A stretch of 64,000 bases of DNA. Origin: Planctomycetota bacterium. Its GTDB lineage: Bacteria; Planctomycetota; UBA1135; UBA2386. Shown here piece by piece: positions 18,357 to 28,043 of this stretch. Below the pieces are notes generated by a model, which saw only the letters and a program-made list of their open reading frames with translations, was not told where the DNA came from and made no database searches. Position 1 is the stretch's first letter; each line of letters starts with the position of its first letter. The stretch lies in the NCBI GenBank assembly GCA_016794035.1, contig JAEUHS010000055.1:11351-75350 (forward strand), written 5' to 3'. Both the position numbers and the translations under genes were made by a program.

Positions 18357-19364
18357 TCAGCGGGCGGCGGCGGGCGGAAGCGCCGTCAGCATCGACCAGA
18401 CCGCCAGCACCAGTTCCCGCAGCCCGGCGCCGGTCGCGCTGCTGATCGCCTGCACCGGGGCCCCGACGGCGTCGGCCAGGGCCATCGCCCGGGCGCGCGC
18501 GGCCTCGTCCTCGACCTTGGTGGCGACCACGAGGCTCGGACGCGCCGCCAGCTCCGCCGAGTGCTGCGCGAGTTCGTGGCGCAGGACGCGCCATGCCTCT
18601 TCGGCCGGGACCAGCGGCAGATCGCCGCAGTCGACCAGGTGCAGCAGCAGACGGGTCCGGTCGACGTGCTTCAGGAACTTGTCGCCGAGCCCCTTGCCGT
18701 GGCTCGCGCCCGCGATCAGCCCGGGGATGTCGGCCACCACGAACGTCGCCTCCCCCGGCCCCTGGGCGATGCCGAGCATCGGTTCGAGCGTCGTGAACGG
18801 GTAGCCGGCGATCTTCGGCCGCGCCTTGGTCAGCGTCGCCAGCAGCGTCGACTTGCCGGCGTTCGGCAGGCCGACCAGGCCGACGTCGGCGATCAGCTTC
18901 AGGCTCAGCAGCACGCGCCGCTCCTCGCCCTCCTTGCCGGGCTCGGCGGTGCGCGGCGTGCGATGCGTCGGCGTCGCGAAGTGCGAGTTGCCGCGGCCGC
19001 CATGGCCGCCGCGCGCCAGCACCCACGGCCGATCCGGGGTGTCGAGGTCCTGCAGCACGTTGCCGCGCTCGGCGTCGAACACGATCGTGCCGACCGGCAC
19101 CTCGATGACGAGGTCCTCGGCGTCCTTGCCGCCGCAGTTCTTCGCCATGCCCTGGCCGCCGTTCGGCGCCTCGAACTGGCCGCGACCGGTCAGGTGGAAC
19201 AGCGTGTTGCAGTGCGTCGTCGGCAGCAGCACGACGTCGCCGCCGTCACCGCCGTCGCCGCCGTTGGGCCCGCCGCGCAGGATGCGCTTGTCGCGCAGGA
19301 ACGAGACGCAGCCGTTGCCGCCCTTGCCGGCCCGCACCGAGATCTCGAGTTCGTCGACGAACAT
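18357..19364 (-). CDS. obg: GTPase Obg/CgtA
   Basis: MFVDELEISVRAGKGGNGCVSFLRDKRILRGGPNGGDGGDGGDV forms the Obg fold. The G domain carries GLPNAGKSTLL. Confidence 0.95.
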   Translation of the reverse strand: MFVDELEISVRAGKGGNGCVSFLRDKRILRGGPNGGDGGDGGDVVLLPTTHCNTLFHLTGRGQFEAPNGGQGMAKNCGGKDAEDLVIEVPVGTIVFDAERGNVLQDLDTPDRPWVLARGGHGGRGNSHFATPTHRTPRTAEPGKEGEERRVLLSLKLIADVGLVGLPNAGKSTLLATLTKARPKIAGYPFTTLEPMLGIAQGPGEATFVVADIPGLIAGASHGKGLGDKFLKHVDRTRLLLHLVDCGDLPLVPAEEAWRVLRHELAQHSAELAARPSLVVATKVEDEAARARAMALADAVGAPVQAISSATGAGLRELVLAVWSMLTALPPAAAR

Positions 19365-19421
19365 TGCGTTCCTTGCGCCGACGTTGCGAAACGGCGCAGC
19401 GGCGCGCCGGCTCGACTCGCG

Positions 19422-19676
19422 TCAGCTCGTCGCTTCGGCGACGTCGACGTGGACCTTGCCGTTCGACTGGAAGCGCACGGTGCCCGGCGCGACGGCGAAC
19501 AGCGTGTCGTCCCCGCCGCGGCGCACGTTGCGCCCCGGATGGAACTTGGTGCCGACCTGGCGGACGATGATCGTGCCCGAGGTCACGCGCTGGCCGCCGT
19601 ACGCCTTGACCCCGCGGTACTGCGGGTTGCTGTCGCGGCCGTTCTGGGTCGAGCCCTGTCCTTTCTTGTGAGCCAT
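19422..19676 (-). CDS. rpmA: 50S ribosomal protein L27
   Basis: [31 protein letters not shown] matches L27. Confidence 0.96.
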   Translation of the reverse strand: MAHKKGQGSTQNGRDSNPQYRGVKAYGGQRVTSGTIIVRQVGTKFHPGRNVRRGGDDTLFAVAPGTVRFQSNGKVHVDVAEATS

Positions 19677-19696
19677 GTGCTTGTCCTTCGACGCTG

Positions 19697-20023
19697 CTAG
19701 CCCTGGATCGACTCGATCTGGACCACGGTGTACTTGGCGCGGAAGCCGGTGCGGCGGCGGCTGTTCTTGCGCTTGCGGAACTTGCCGATGATGACCTTCG
19801 GGCCCTTCAGCTGGCGCACGACCTTGGCGGTCACCGACGCGCCCGGGACGTGCGGGGTGCCGATCCTGCCCGCGCCGCCGCCGGTCCCGTCCCCACCGAC
19901 GAGGCAGACCTTGTCGAAGGTCACGGTGTCGCCCTCGTTGGCGTCCGCACGCAGGTGGATCTGGATGCGGTCGCCCGGCTGGACTCGATACTGCTGATTG
20001 CGATCGTCGACGACGGCGTACAT
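19697..20023 (-). CDS. rplU: 50S ribosomal protein L21
   Basis: [24 protein letters not shown]...[27 protein letters not shown] matches L21. ATG verified at 20023. Confidence 0.93.
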   Translation of the reverse strand: MYAVVDDRNQQYRVQPGDRIQIHLRADANEGDTVTFDKVCLVGGDGTGGGAGRIGTPHVPGASVTAKVVRQLKGPKVIIGKFRKRKNSRRRTGFRAKYTVVQIESIQG

Positions 20024-20052
20024 GGGCGTTGGTCGGGTGGAAAGGGCAGGGG

Positions 20053-20080
20053 ACGATAGCGACCGACGGGGTCGTTTCAA
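20053..20080 (-). promoter_or_regulatory. Candidate sigma70-type promoter for rplU-rpmA-obg
   Basis: The minus strand reads TTGAAA, then a 16-nt spacer, then TATCGT. The -10 element lies about 30 nt upstream of the rplU ATG. Confidence 0.35.
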
Positions 20081-20129
20081 GCCCCCGCGCAAGGCCGTGG
20101 CTCCGGACGCCGACCCTGGCAGGGCGGCG

Positions 20130-22301
20130 TCAGGCCTTCACGCCGAGCCCCGCCGGGATCGCGATGCGCGCTTCCTGGCCGTCGCCGGTCAGGAACCGGT
20201 AGTGCACCACGTCGATCGGGTAGCTCGGCTCGGGCCGGAACACGATCGTCTTGCCGACGGCGTCCTCGAGTTCGAGGGTCGCCCGCCGCTTGTAGTTGAC
20301 CAGGTAGTCCGTGACCGCTGGCGCGGCGAAGATCTGCACCACCGAGTAGCCCTTCAGGTGCAGCAGCGCGCGCACCTCGCGCAGCACCGACAGGGCCTTG
20401 CTCTGCACGGTGCGCGACCAGCCCGCACCCTTGCAGTGCGGGCACTGCATGAACACGGTGCGCTTCAGGCCCGGGCCGACGCGCTGGCGCGTGATCTCGA
20501 GCATGCCGAACGGCGAGATCCGGCCGACCTTGATGCGCGCGCGGTCACCGCGCAGCGCGTCGATCAGGCGCTTCTCGACGCCGCGCCGATGCTTCTCGTG
20601 CGACATGTCGATGAAGTCGATGATGATCAGGCCGCCGAGGTCGCGCAGCCGCAGCTGGCGCACGATCTCGGGGATCGCGTCGAGGTTGGTGCGGTAGGCG
20701 GTCTCGTCGGTGTCGCCGCCGGCCTTGTACTTGCCGGAGTTGACGTCGATCGCGACCAGCGCCTCGGCCTGGTCGATGACGATCGAGGCTCCGTTCGACA
20801 GGTCGATCTTCGGCTGGTAGAGCGCCTCGACCTCCTTCTCGATGCCGAAGTGGTGGAACAGCGGCGTCGTCAGCGAGTGCTGCTTGATGCGCTCCGCCAT
20901 GTGCGGCATCAGCTTGTCGGCGAAGTCGCGGATGCGCAGGAACACGTCTTCGCTGTCGACGACCACGTCGGCGATGTCGGGCGTGAACTGGTCGCGCATC
21001 GCCTTGAGCACCAGGTCGGACTCCTGATAGAGCAACGCCGGGGCGCGCGTGACCTTGAGTCGCTGCGCGACCATCTCCCAGATCTTCTTCAGGTAGTCGC
21101 GATCGCGCTGCAGGTCCGCCAGGCTCTTGTTGATGCCCGCGGTCCTGACGATGAAGCCGATGCCGCCGCTGCCGGTCTCGTCGAGTTCGCGCACGATCTT
21201 CTTCAGGCGCTTGCGCTCACGGCCGTCCTCGATCTTCCGCGACACGCCGCACTTGGGCAGGCTCGGCATCAGCACCAGGCAGCGGCCGGGCAGCGACACG
21301 TAGGTCGTCAGCGTCGGCCCCTTGCTGCCGATGCCCTCCTTGGTGATCTGCACGACGACTTCCTGGCCCCGCTTCAGCAGCTGGTCGATCGTCGGGCGCG
21401 GCCGGTTGGGCCGGCCTTCGCCGCCGCGGGCCTGCGGGCGCTCGCGGCGCTTCTTGCTGCGCCGCGGCCGCCGCTCCTCGCCGGTCTGGGTGTCCCCGCC
21501 GCGGGCCGGCGCCGGCCCAGTCTCCGCGTCCCCGGCCGCCGCGGATTCCGACTCCGGCGGCACCTCGGGCAGCTCCGGGATGTCCGAGTCCGCGTCGTCG
21601 TCCGCGCCGGCGGCCGCCATCGCCAGCGGTCGCTCGTCGACGCCGCGGCCGAAGTCGGGGTCGTCGTCCAGGCGCGCACGGCCCGTCGGCGGCTCGAAGC
21701 CCTGGTCCTTGCCGGCGTCGGCGAACGGCGTCAGCGGATCGTCGCCGGCCGGAAGCTCGGCGCCCTCGTCGCCATCGCCGCCACCGTCCATCTCGGTGAC
21801 CGGCGGCATGCCGCCGTCCTCGTCGTCGGCCACGGCGACGACGTTCGACTCGGCCTCGGCAGGCTCCTCGGCGCCGCGGCGCTCGGTGCCGCCGCCGTCG
21901 TCGTCGTCGTCGTCCGCCAGCGCCTGCTGCATCGACTCGGGACCGTCGTCGACGTCGACGCGGGCGCGCCCTTCGATCACGTCGTCGAGCAGGAACTCGG
22001 GGCGACCGTAGGCAGGCAGCACGTCGGACACGTGCAGGAAGCCGTTGACGCGGCCGCCGAAGGCCACGAACGCCGCGCCGATGCTCGGCTCGATGTTGAC
22101 GACCTTGCCTTTGTAGATGTTACCGAGATAGGCCTCTCGGTTCGCCAACTCGACGTGCAGCTCTTGCAGCACGCCGTCCTCCACCACCGCGATCCGACTC
22201 TCCTCCGGATCGATGGCGTTGATCAGCATCCTCTTCAAGGGAGACTTCCTTTTGCGCTTTGGCGCCGGCGATGCCGACGACCCCGCGTGACCATGGACCA
22301 T
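20130..22301 (-). CDS. rne: Ribonuclease E/G family endoribonuclease with a large acidic insertion in the S1 domain
   Basis: KRMLINAIDPEESRIAVVEDG, S1 motif NIYKGKVVNIEPSIGAAFVAFG, ...VVVQITKEGIGSKGPTLTTYVSLPGRCLVLMP, DNase-I-like LVAIDVNSG and a Zn-link CPHCKGAG. The start is ambiguous between ATG 22301 and ATG 22229. Confidence 0.9.
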   Translation of the reverse strand: MVHGHAGSSASPAPKRKRKSPLKRMLINAIDPEESRIAVVEDGVLQELHVELANREAYLGNIYKGKVVNIEPSIGAAFVAFGGRVNGFLHVSDVLPAYGRPEFLLDDVIEGRARVDVDDGPESMQQALADDDDDDGGGTERRGAEEPAEAESNVVAVADDEDGGMPPVTEMDGGGDGDEGAELPAGDDPLTPFADAGKDQGFEPPTGRARLDDDPDFGRGVDERPLAMAAAGADDDADSDIPELPEVPPESESAAAGDAETGPAPARGGDTQTGEERRPRRSKKRRERPQARGGEGRPNRPRPTIDQLLKRGQEVVVQITKEGIGSKGPTLTTYVSLPGRCLVLMPSLPKCGVSRKIEDGRERKRLKKIVRELDETGSGGIGFIVRTAGINKSLADLQRDRDYLKKIWEMVAQRLKVTRAPALLYQESDLVLKAMRDQFTPDIADVVVDSEDVFLRIRDFADKLMPHMAERIKQHSLTTPLFHHFGIEKEVEALYQPKIDLSNGASIVIDQAEALVAIDVNSGKYKAGGDTDETAYRTNLDAIPEIVRQLRLRDLGGLIIIDFIDMSHEKHRRGVEKRLIDALRGDRARIKVGRISPFGMLEITRQRVGPGLKRTVFMQCPHCKGAGWSRTVQSKALSVLREVRALLHLKGYSVVQIFAAPAVTDYLVNYKRRATLELEDAVGKTIVFRPEPSYPIDVVHYRFLTGDGQEARIAIPAGLGVKA

Positions 22302-22694
22302 TGGCGCGACGGCGGACGGCCATGATTGCCGTCAGAGCCTCGTCCGCTGCCTGGTGGTGTTCCGGCGACCGCGGGAAGACGAACGAATGGAGCCCAAGCC
22401 GAGTCGGCGCTGTCCCTCTGCACGTGGACGACGTGCCACGGCAGGTCCGGTGTCGGACCGTGCGGTGCGGGTGCTGGCGCGCGACGGGCATGGCAAATCC
22501 TGGGGGGTCCACGGCCGGCGATCCCGCATCCTGGCGATGCGCGGAGTCGACGTGCCGCGCTTCCTGACAACAGGAAGCGGCGCCGAGCATAACACCCGGC
22601 CGCCGCCACTCAACGCCGAGCCATCAGGCGAACGGACGCCGAACGGACCGGGCGTCACCCGCGTGCTCGCGGACGCGCCCGGCGTGCCGCCGGG
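22302..22694 (-). promoter_or_regulatory. Long non-coding leader upstream of rne (contains a 9-bp hairpin at 22557-22578)
   Basis: 393-nt gap between the pilQ stop and the rne start. It contains cgcttcctg-acaa-caggaagcg, a perfect 9-bp stem. Long structured rne leaders are known from E. coli. Confidence 0.3.
22678..22694 (-). terminator. GC hairpin immediately after the pilQ stop
   Basis: cccggcg-tgc-cgccggg gives a 7-bp stem and abuts the stop codon at 22695-22697. No U-tract. Confidence 0.3.
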
Positions 22695-24557
22695 TCACTT
22701 GTCGGAACCGAAGATGGCTTCGCGCTGCTGCGCGACGCTCGACCGGTGGTCGCGCACGCGCTCCTCGAGCGCCCGCTGCATCGACTGCTCCATGTCCTCG
22801 GCGCTGCGGATGACCTGCGGCGTGATGAACACCAGCAGGGTCGACGTGGTCTCCTGCTTGGTGCGCCCCTTGAACAGGTAGCCGAGCACCGGGATGTCGC
22901 CGAGCAGCGGCAGCTTGGTCACGGTCTCGTTCTCGGCCTTGGTCTTCAGACCGCCGAGCACCGCCGTCTGGCCGCTGCGCAGCAGCACCGTCGTCGCCAG
23001 CGTGCTCGAGGCGATGCGCGGCAGCGCGATGGTGCCTTCCTGGCCGCCGGAGCCGACCGTGAACACGTCGAAGCCGGCCGGAGCCAGCGACGTGCTGCCG
23101 GTGCCCGTCAGCGCGGTGCGCTGCGGGATGATCTCCATGATGACCTTGTCGGTGCCGGGCACGATGTGCGGCGTCGCGAGCAGCTGGAAGCCGACGCTGA
23201 CCGGTGACTCGTCGCCTTCCTCGAGCGCCAGCAGGAGACCGCCGGCCTGGCCCTGTTCGACGCGGGCCTGGGCATAGCGCACGGCCTCGCCGACGAAGAT
23301 CGTCGCGGTCTGGTGGTCCAGCGCGGTGATCTGGGGCGCCTGCACGATCTCCGAGCGGGCGTCCTTCTTCAGCAGACGCAGCGTCGCGGTGACCTGCTGC
23401 AGGTTCAGCGCGCCGAAGACGACGTTGGGGATCGTCGTGGCCGCCGGTGCATTGAGGCCGTCGTCGGCGAACGGACCCGCCGCCTGGCCGCTGTTGTCGC
23501 CGGTCGGGTTGGCGATGATGCGATCGTCCCAGCCGCCGCTGCCGAGGTTGAACGGCAGGCGCGTCGGGATCTGGCCGAGGCCGAGGCTGGCCGTGTAGCC
23601 GTTGCCACCGGGCGAGATGCCGATGTCGAGCAGGTCCTCGTTGCTCGTCGTCACGAAGCGCACGTCCAGCTGGATCTGCGACGGCTCGACGTCGATCATC
23701 GCGACCGTCTTGCGCACGTCGTCGACCACCGGCCGCGTGTCCTTGACCATGATGACGTTGGTCTCCTGGACGTACTCCAGGCTGCCGACGTCCGGGGTCA
23801 CCATGCTCTTCAGCGTGTCGAGCAACGTGAAGTTGATCTCACCCTTGGCGAGCTGCTGCTTGCCACGCTTGTTCTCGATGTACTCCGAGTTGATGAACGG
23901 CACGTAGACCGAGCTCGGCCGCACGTAGCGCAGCTGGATGGTCGCGGTCTCGAGATCCTGCTGGATGTTCGAGGCCGGCACCACGCGCAGGATGCCACGA
24001 TCCTCCTGCACGACGACGAAGCCCAGGGTCTTGACCGAGGCCTCGAGCGCGTCGCGCCAGGGGATGTTCTTCAGGCGCACCGTGATCGTGCCCTTGACCT
24101 CGGGCGCGACGACGATGTTGGCGCCGGAGATCTTGGCGATCGTGTCGATCACCTTCTGGATGTCCGTGTTCTCGAACGCGAAGTAGACGCGCGGCGGCTT
24201 CTCGACCCGCAGCACGCCCCCGTCGACCTCGCTGACGATGCAGCCGGCCTGCTCGGCGACGAGGGTCAGCGCCTGGCGCCAGTGCACGTCCTGCAGGTCG
24301 ATCGTCACGGTCGCCTCGATGCCGGCGTCCATGATGATGTTGACGTTCGCCTTGCGGCGGATGCTGAGCACGACGTCCCGCAGATCGCGGTCCTTCAGCT
24401 TCAGCGTCAACCGGCTGGCACGATCGCCCTCCGCTTCGGAGCGGATGTCCTCCTTGCCCTGAGCGTCCTTGGTCGCAGCGCCCTCCTGGCCCGGAGCGGT
24501 CGCGAACGACACACACCACGCCAGCGCGCAGATGATCCCATTCCTGACTGCCTGCAT
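22695..24557 (-). CDS. pilQ: Secretin (PilQ/GspD family) of the type IV pilus machine
   Basis: 620 aa with a signal peptide and repeated N-domains. The C-terminal secretin core reads TVLLRSGQTAVLGGL...LPLLGDIPVLGYLFKGRTKQETTSTLLVFITPQVI. Confidence 0.9.
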   Translation of the reverse strand: MQAVRNGIICALAWCVSFATAPGQEGAATKDAQGKEDIRSEAEGDRASRLTLKLKDRDLRDVVLSIRRKANVNIIMDAGIEATVTIDLQDVHWRQALTLVAEQAGCIVSEVDGGVLRVEKPPRVYFAFENTDIQKVIDTIAKISGANIVVAPEVKGTITVRLKNIPWRDALEASVKTLGFVVVQEDRGILRVVPASNIQQDLETATIQLRYVRPSSVYVPFINSEYIENKRGKQQLAKGEINFTLLDTLKSMVTPDVGSLEYVQETNVIMVKDTRPVVDDVRKTVAMIDVEPSQIQLDVRFVTTSNEDLLDIGISPGGNGYTASLGLGQIPTRLPFNLGSGGWDDRIIANPTGDNSGQAAGPFADDGLNAPAATTIPNVVFGALNLQQVTATLRLLKKDARSEIVQAPQITALDHQTATIFVGEAVRYAQARVEQGQAGGLLLALEEGDESPVSVGFQLLATPHIVPGTDKVIMEIIPQRTALTGTGSTSLAPAGFDVFTVGSGGQEGTIALPRIASSTLATTVLLRSGQTAVLGGLKTKAENETVTKLPLLGDIPVLGYLFKGRTKQETTSTLLVFITPQVIRSAEDMEQSMQRALEERVRDHRSSVAQQREAIFGSDK

Positions 24558-24706
24558 CGTCGATCCTTCTCCCTCGCGGGGACTTCGTTTGATTCGCCGA
24601 AGGCCGGTGCCTGCAAGGTCACCGACCAGAATGCCTCTCCCTCATCGAACGCTCGATGCCGCCGGCTTGAGCGAACTCTGCGGTTCGCCGCCGGCGCATC
24701 GCACGC

Positions 24707-26128
24707 TCACATCGTGCGCACGAGCGTGAGCCCGCGGAACACGAACCAGACCTGCTCCTCCTCGACCATCTTGACCAGCAGGTCGTCGGAGATGTAGTCG
24801 CCTTCCTCGTAGACTTCGCCGTTCAACAGCACGCCCGAACGGCCGGTGCGGTTGACGACGACGCCCTGGACCCGGAGGTCCATGCCCTTGAAGTCGATCG
24901 CGGTGCTGGCCTTGTGGTGCCAGGCCTTGGCCGCGACCGCCAGTTCGTGGCGCGGGTCGGTCGCGGGAACCGCCAGACGGTTCGCGACCGTGTCGTAGCG
25001 GCTCTTGGCCTCCTCGAGCTGGCCGTTGCTGCACTCGCGCGCCATCTCGGCGACCAGCAGCTCCATCTCCGCCTTCGGCAGGAACGGATCGACCCGCTTG
25101 ACCTCGGCCTTGGCCACGTCGTGGATCTGCTGCCGCAGATCCTCGAGCGGCGCGACGACCTCCTTCGCCCAGCGCAGCCGGTACGGCGCGTAGGACAGGC
25201 GGGTCTCGTCGACGCTGACCTCGTTGCCGAGCTTCTCGAGCCCCTCGCGCAGCCCCTTCTCCAGGGCGTACTGCTCGAACAGGGTCGTGTCCTGCTTGCG
25301 CATGCGTTGCAGCATCTCGCGCAGGCGGCCCACCTCGGCCACGTACTTGTCGACCAGGCCGCGCTGTTCGGCCGGCGAGGGGCCGTCGGTGCGCAGATCG
25401 CCGCGTTCGCGCGGGTCGACGAAGATGTCGCGGCGGCCCTGGTGGCCCCGGTGCTCGTACTTCTCGATCTTGATCGCCTGCATGCGCTTCCAGATCTCCT
25501 CGCGCAGCGCCTCGCGTTGCGCCGCGTAGTCGGGGATCTCGACCTCCTTGCCGGCAGCCTTGCCGTTGTAGGTGTAGGTCTGCATCGTCAGCCGCACGGT
25601 GTGCACGACGTCGCCATCACGCGTGTCGTCGTTCTTGCCCTTGCCGCCGGTCGTGATGCTGAAGTCGGTGATGCTGACGAAGCGCTCGTAGTTCTCGATC
25701 AGGTTGATGAACTTGAGGAACTGCCACAGCGTGGCCGTCATCTCGTAGGTGTACTCGATCGCCGCGAAGCTGCCCTTGGACTTGTCCGCGCGCGCGTTCT
25801 TCTGGATCAGGCCCGTGCCGACGATGCCGGACTGGCGCTCGAACTGGTTCAGCATGCGCACGAAGGCGTTCAGCTCCTTCGTGTCCGGCAGGATCTTGAC
25901 GTACTCGTCGAGATTCTCGCGGAGGATGATGACTTCCTTCTCGAGGTTGGGGATCTGCGCGATCTTGGTCTCGGCGGCGGCGATCGCCTGCTGCTTCTCG
26001 TCGGTCACGCGCGTGAGCTCTTCGATCTGCCCCTGCGCATGATAGACGCCGCCGGCTGCCAACATGCAGATGGTCGCGGCGCCACCCAAGATGGCGATCA
26101 GCTGCTTCTTCTGGGTCCAGTTAGCCAT
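24707..26128 (-). CDS. PilO-like protein fused to a long helical linker and a PilP-like C-terminal beta domain
   Basis: An N-terminal TM helix, a coiled coil and a PilO-type fold (YTYEMTATLWQFLKFINLIENYERFVSITDFSI). The C-terminus MDLRVQGVVVNRTGRSGVLLNGEVYEEGDYISDDLLVKMVEEEQVWFVFRGL resembles PilP/GspC-HR. No separate pilP gene is present. Confidence 0.7.
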   Translation of the reverse strand: MANWTQKKQLIAILGGAATICMLAAGGVYHAQGQIEELTRVTDEKQQAIAAAETKIAQIPNLEKEVIILRENLDEYVKILPDTKELNAFVRMLNQFERQSGIVGTGLIQKNARADKSKGSFAAIEYTYEMTATLWQFLKFINLIENYERFVSITDFSITTGGKGKNDDTRDGDVVHTVRLTMQTYTYNGKAAGKEVEIPDYAAQREALREEIWKRMQAIKIEKYEHRGHQGRRDIFVDPRERGDLRTDGPSPAEQRGLVDKYVAEVGRLREMLQRMRKQDTTLFEQYALEKGLREGLEKLGNEVSVDETRLSYAPYRLRWAKEVVAPLEDLRQQIHDVAKAEVKRVDPFLPKAEMELLVAEMARECSNGQLEEAKSRYDTVANRLAVPATDPRHELAVAAKAWHHKASTAIDFKGMDLRVQGVVVNRTGRSGVLLNGEVYEEGDYISDDLLVKMVEEEQVWFVFRGLTLVRTM

Positions 26129-26139
26129 GGTGACTCACC

Positions 26140-26781
26140 TCACTTGCCCGGGGCCTTCTTCGCGCCCTTGTTGTCGTCGACCGTCGACTGGAACTGCAGC
26201 GTCAGCGGGAACGCCAGCGACTGCGGGGGAATGCGCACCTTGTCGATCTCGAGCTTGAAGTTCGGATCGGTCTTCGCGGACAACTCGTGGGCGAACGGCG
26301 CCGCCTCGAGGTCCTCGTGGAAGTTCGCGATGCGCGACTTGTCGGCGTCCTGGACGTTGCCCGGCAGGGTCACCGTCGCGCCCTTCTTCGGGTCGGTCTT
26401 GACGTTGATGCCGTCGAACCAGGCGAGATGCCGCTCGGTGTCGCCGTTGTTGTTGACGACGTCGATCAGCTCGTCGCAGAACTTCGACCACAGCCGCCGC
26501 GACTTGGCGATGTCCTGGATCGTCTGCACGCGGCCGCTGTATTCCTTGCGGTTGGCCTGCAGCTGGTCGTGGTAGACGACGCGCTTCTCGCGGTCGACCA
26601 GCTTGGCCTCGACCTCGGTCAGCTTGTTCTCGGCAGCGCCGAGGTCGCCGAACCAGACGATGCCGAACCAGCCGACGGCGGCGCTGGCGGCGATCGCGCT
26701 GCCGAACGCGGCGGCGAGGACCTTGGGAGAAATCCGATTGCCGCGGCGCAGATCGGCAGGAAGGAGATTGATGCGGATCAC
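26140..26781 (-). CDS. pilN: Type IV pilus assembly protein PilN
   Basis: MIRINLLPADLRRGNRISPKVL followed by a single TM helix. Lies between pilM and the pilO-like gene. Confidence 0.85.
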   Translation of the reverse strand: MIRINLLPADLRRGNRISPKVLAAAFGSAIAASAAVGWFGIVWFGDLGAAENKLTEVEAKLVDREKRVVYHDQLQANRKEYSGRVQTIQDIAKSRRLWSKFCDELIDVVNNNGDTERHLAWFDGINVKTDPKKGATVTLPGNVQDADKSRIANFHEDLEAAPFAHELSAKTDPNFKLEIDKVRIPPQSLAFPLTLQFQSTVDDNKGAKKAPGK

Positions 26782-26791
26782 GTGTGGTCTC

Positions 26792-27814
26792 CTAGGAGGC
26801 GGCGGCGAGGCCCAATGCCACCGCGAGCTGTGGTGCGAACTGGTTCAACGCTTCGACGTCGACGTTGTCGGCCTTGACCTTCAGGCCCTCGATGGGGTTC
26901 CAGGTCTTGGTGCGCTTCTCGAAGATCTTCTCGAAGCTCTCCTCGAGGAACGGCAGCAGCGCGGTGCCGCCGGTCAGCCAGACCTCCTGCACCTCGCCGT
27001 CGAACTGGTTCTCGAAGAAGTCGAACGACAGGTTGATCTCGTTGCCGAGGTCTTCGAGCACCTGGCCCGAGGCCTCCTGCACGCTCGCCAGCTGCTCGCC
27101 TGGCTCGCGCTTGAGCGCCTCGGCCTGGCCGGGCTCGACGCCCAACCGCCGCGCGATCGCGTTGGTCAGGTCCTGGCCGCCCATCGGCACCTCGCGCGCG
27201 AAGTAGCTGATGTTGTCGCGCAGGATGTTGATGCTGGCCTTGGTCGCCCCGATGTCGATCAGGGCGACGGTGCGCCCCGGATCCTGGATGCCGGGATTGA
27301 CCAGGTCGCTGAGTTCCCAGGCGTTGCCGAGCGCGAAGCCGTCGACGCCGACGGACACCGGCTGCAGGCCCAGGTCGGTCAGGATGCGGCTGTGGTCGGC
27401 GACGACCGTCTTCTTCGCGGCGACCAGCAGCACCTTCATCTCGGTGCGTCCGGTCTGGTCGGCGGTCACCGCGAGCTTCTGGGCATCGAGTTCGACCTCG
27501 CTGACGTCGAACGGGATGTACTTCTCGGCCTCGAGGCGAACCGCGGCCACCAGCTTGTCCTCCGACATCTCGGGCATGCCGATGTAGCGGAAGACCACGT
27601 TCTTGCCGCTGACCGCGGTCGCGACGCGCTTGCTGCGGAACTTCGCCGCGCGCATCAGCTCGGCGATGGCGTCCTGACGAACGGATTCGTTCGGGACTTC
27701 GATCTGGGCATAGCCCGTGACCACGTGGTCGTATTTCTCACGAGTGAGCTCGACGGCCTTGATGCAACTACTGCCGATGTCGAGTCCGACGATGCTCTTG
27801 CGCTGCTTCAGCAT
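26792..27814 (-). CDS. pilM: Type IV pilus assembly ATPase-like protein PilM
   Basis: IVGLDIGSSCIKAVEL is an actin-like fold. 340 aa. AAGGAG sits 8 nt upstream of the ATG. Confidence 0.9.
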   Translation of the reverse strand: MLKQRKSIVGLDIGSSCIKAVELTREKYDHVVTGYAQIEVPNESVRQDAIAELMRAAKFRSKRVATAVSGKNVVFRYIGMPEMSEDKLVAAVRLEAEKYIPFDVSEVELDAQKLAVTADQTGRTEMKVLLVAAKKTVVADHSRILTDLGLQPVSVGVDGFALGNAWELSDLVNPGIQDPGRTVALIDIGATKASINILRDNISYFAREVPMGGQDLTNAIARRLGVEPGQAEALKREPGEQLASVQEASGQVLEDLGNEINLSFDFFENQFDGEVQEVWLTGGTALLPFLEESFEKIFEKRTKTWNPIEGLKVKADNVDVEALNQFAPQLAVALGLAAAS

Positions 27815-28043
27815 GACGAGTGGCGCTCCTTCGGGGGATGCCCGCTTCCGCCTCCCTATCGGCCGCGGCCATGGCCCACATTGAGCCGCTGTGTCGGTCG
27901 GCGACGAAATCGCCGGAAGCCGCGTGGCGCGGGCCCGTTGGCGCCGCGCCGCCGCCGTCGCCTTGCGCGCCGCGCTGCGCCGACCGCTGCCGGCGGGGAC
28001 GGCCCGACCGTGAGCCCGAGGCGAAGGGGTCAGCCGGCGCCGG

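Noticed and set aside
15416-18445. 1009-aa plus-strand ORF across the EF-G-like and pilT genes
   Set aside because: It is antisense to genes with clear GTPase and PilT motifs, has no recognisable domains, and has a composition dominated by R/A/G/D/H.
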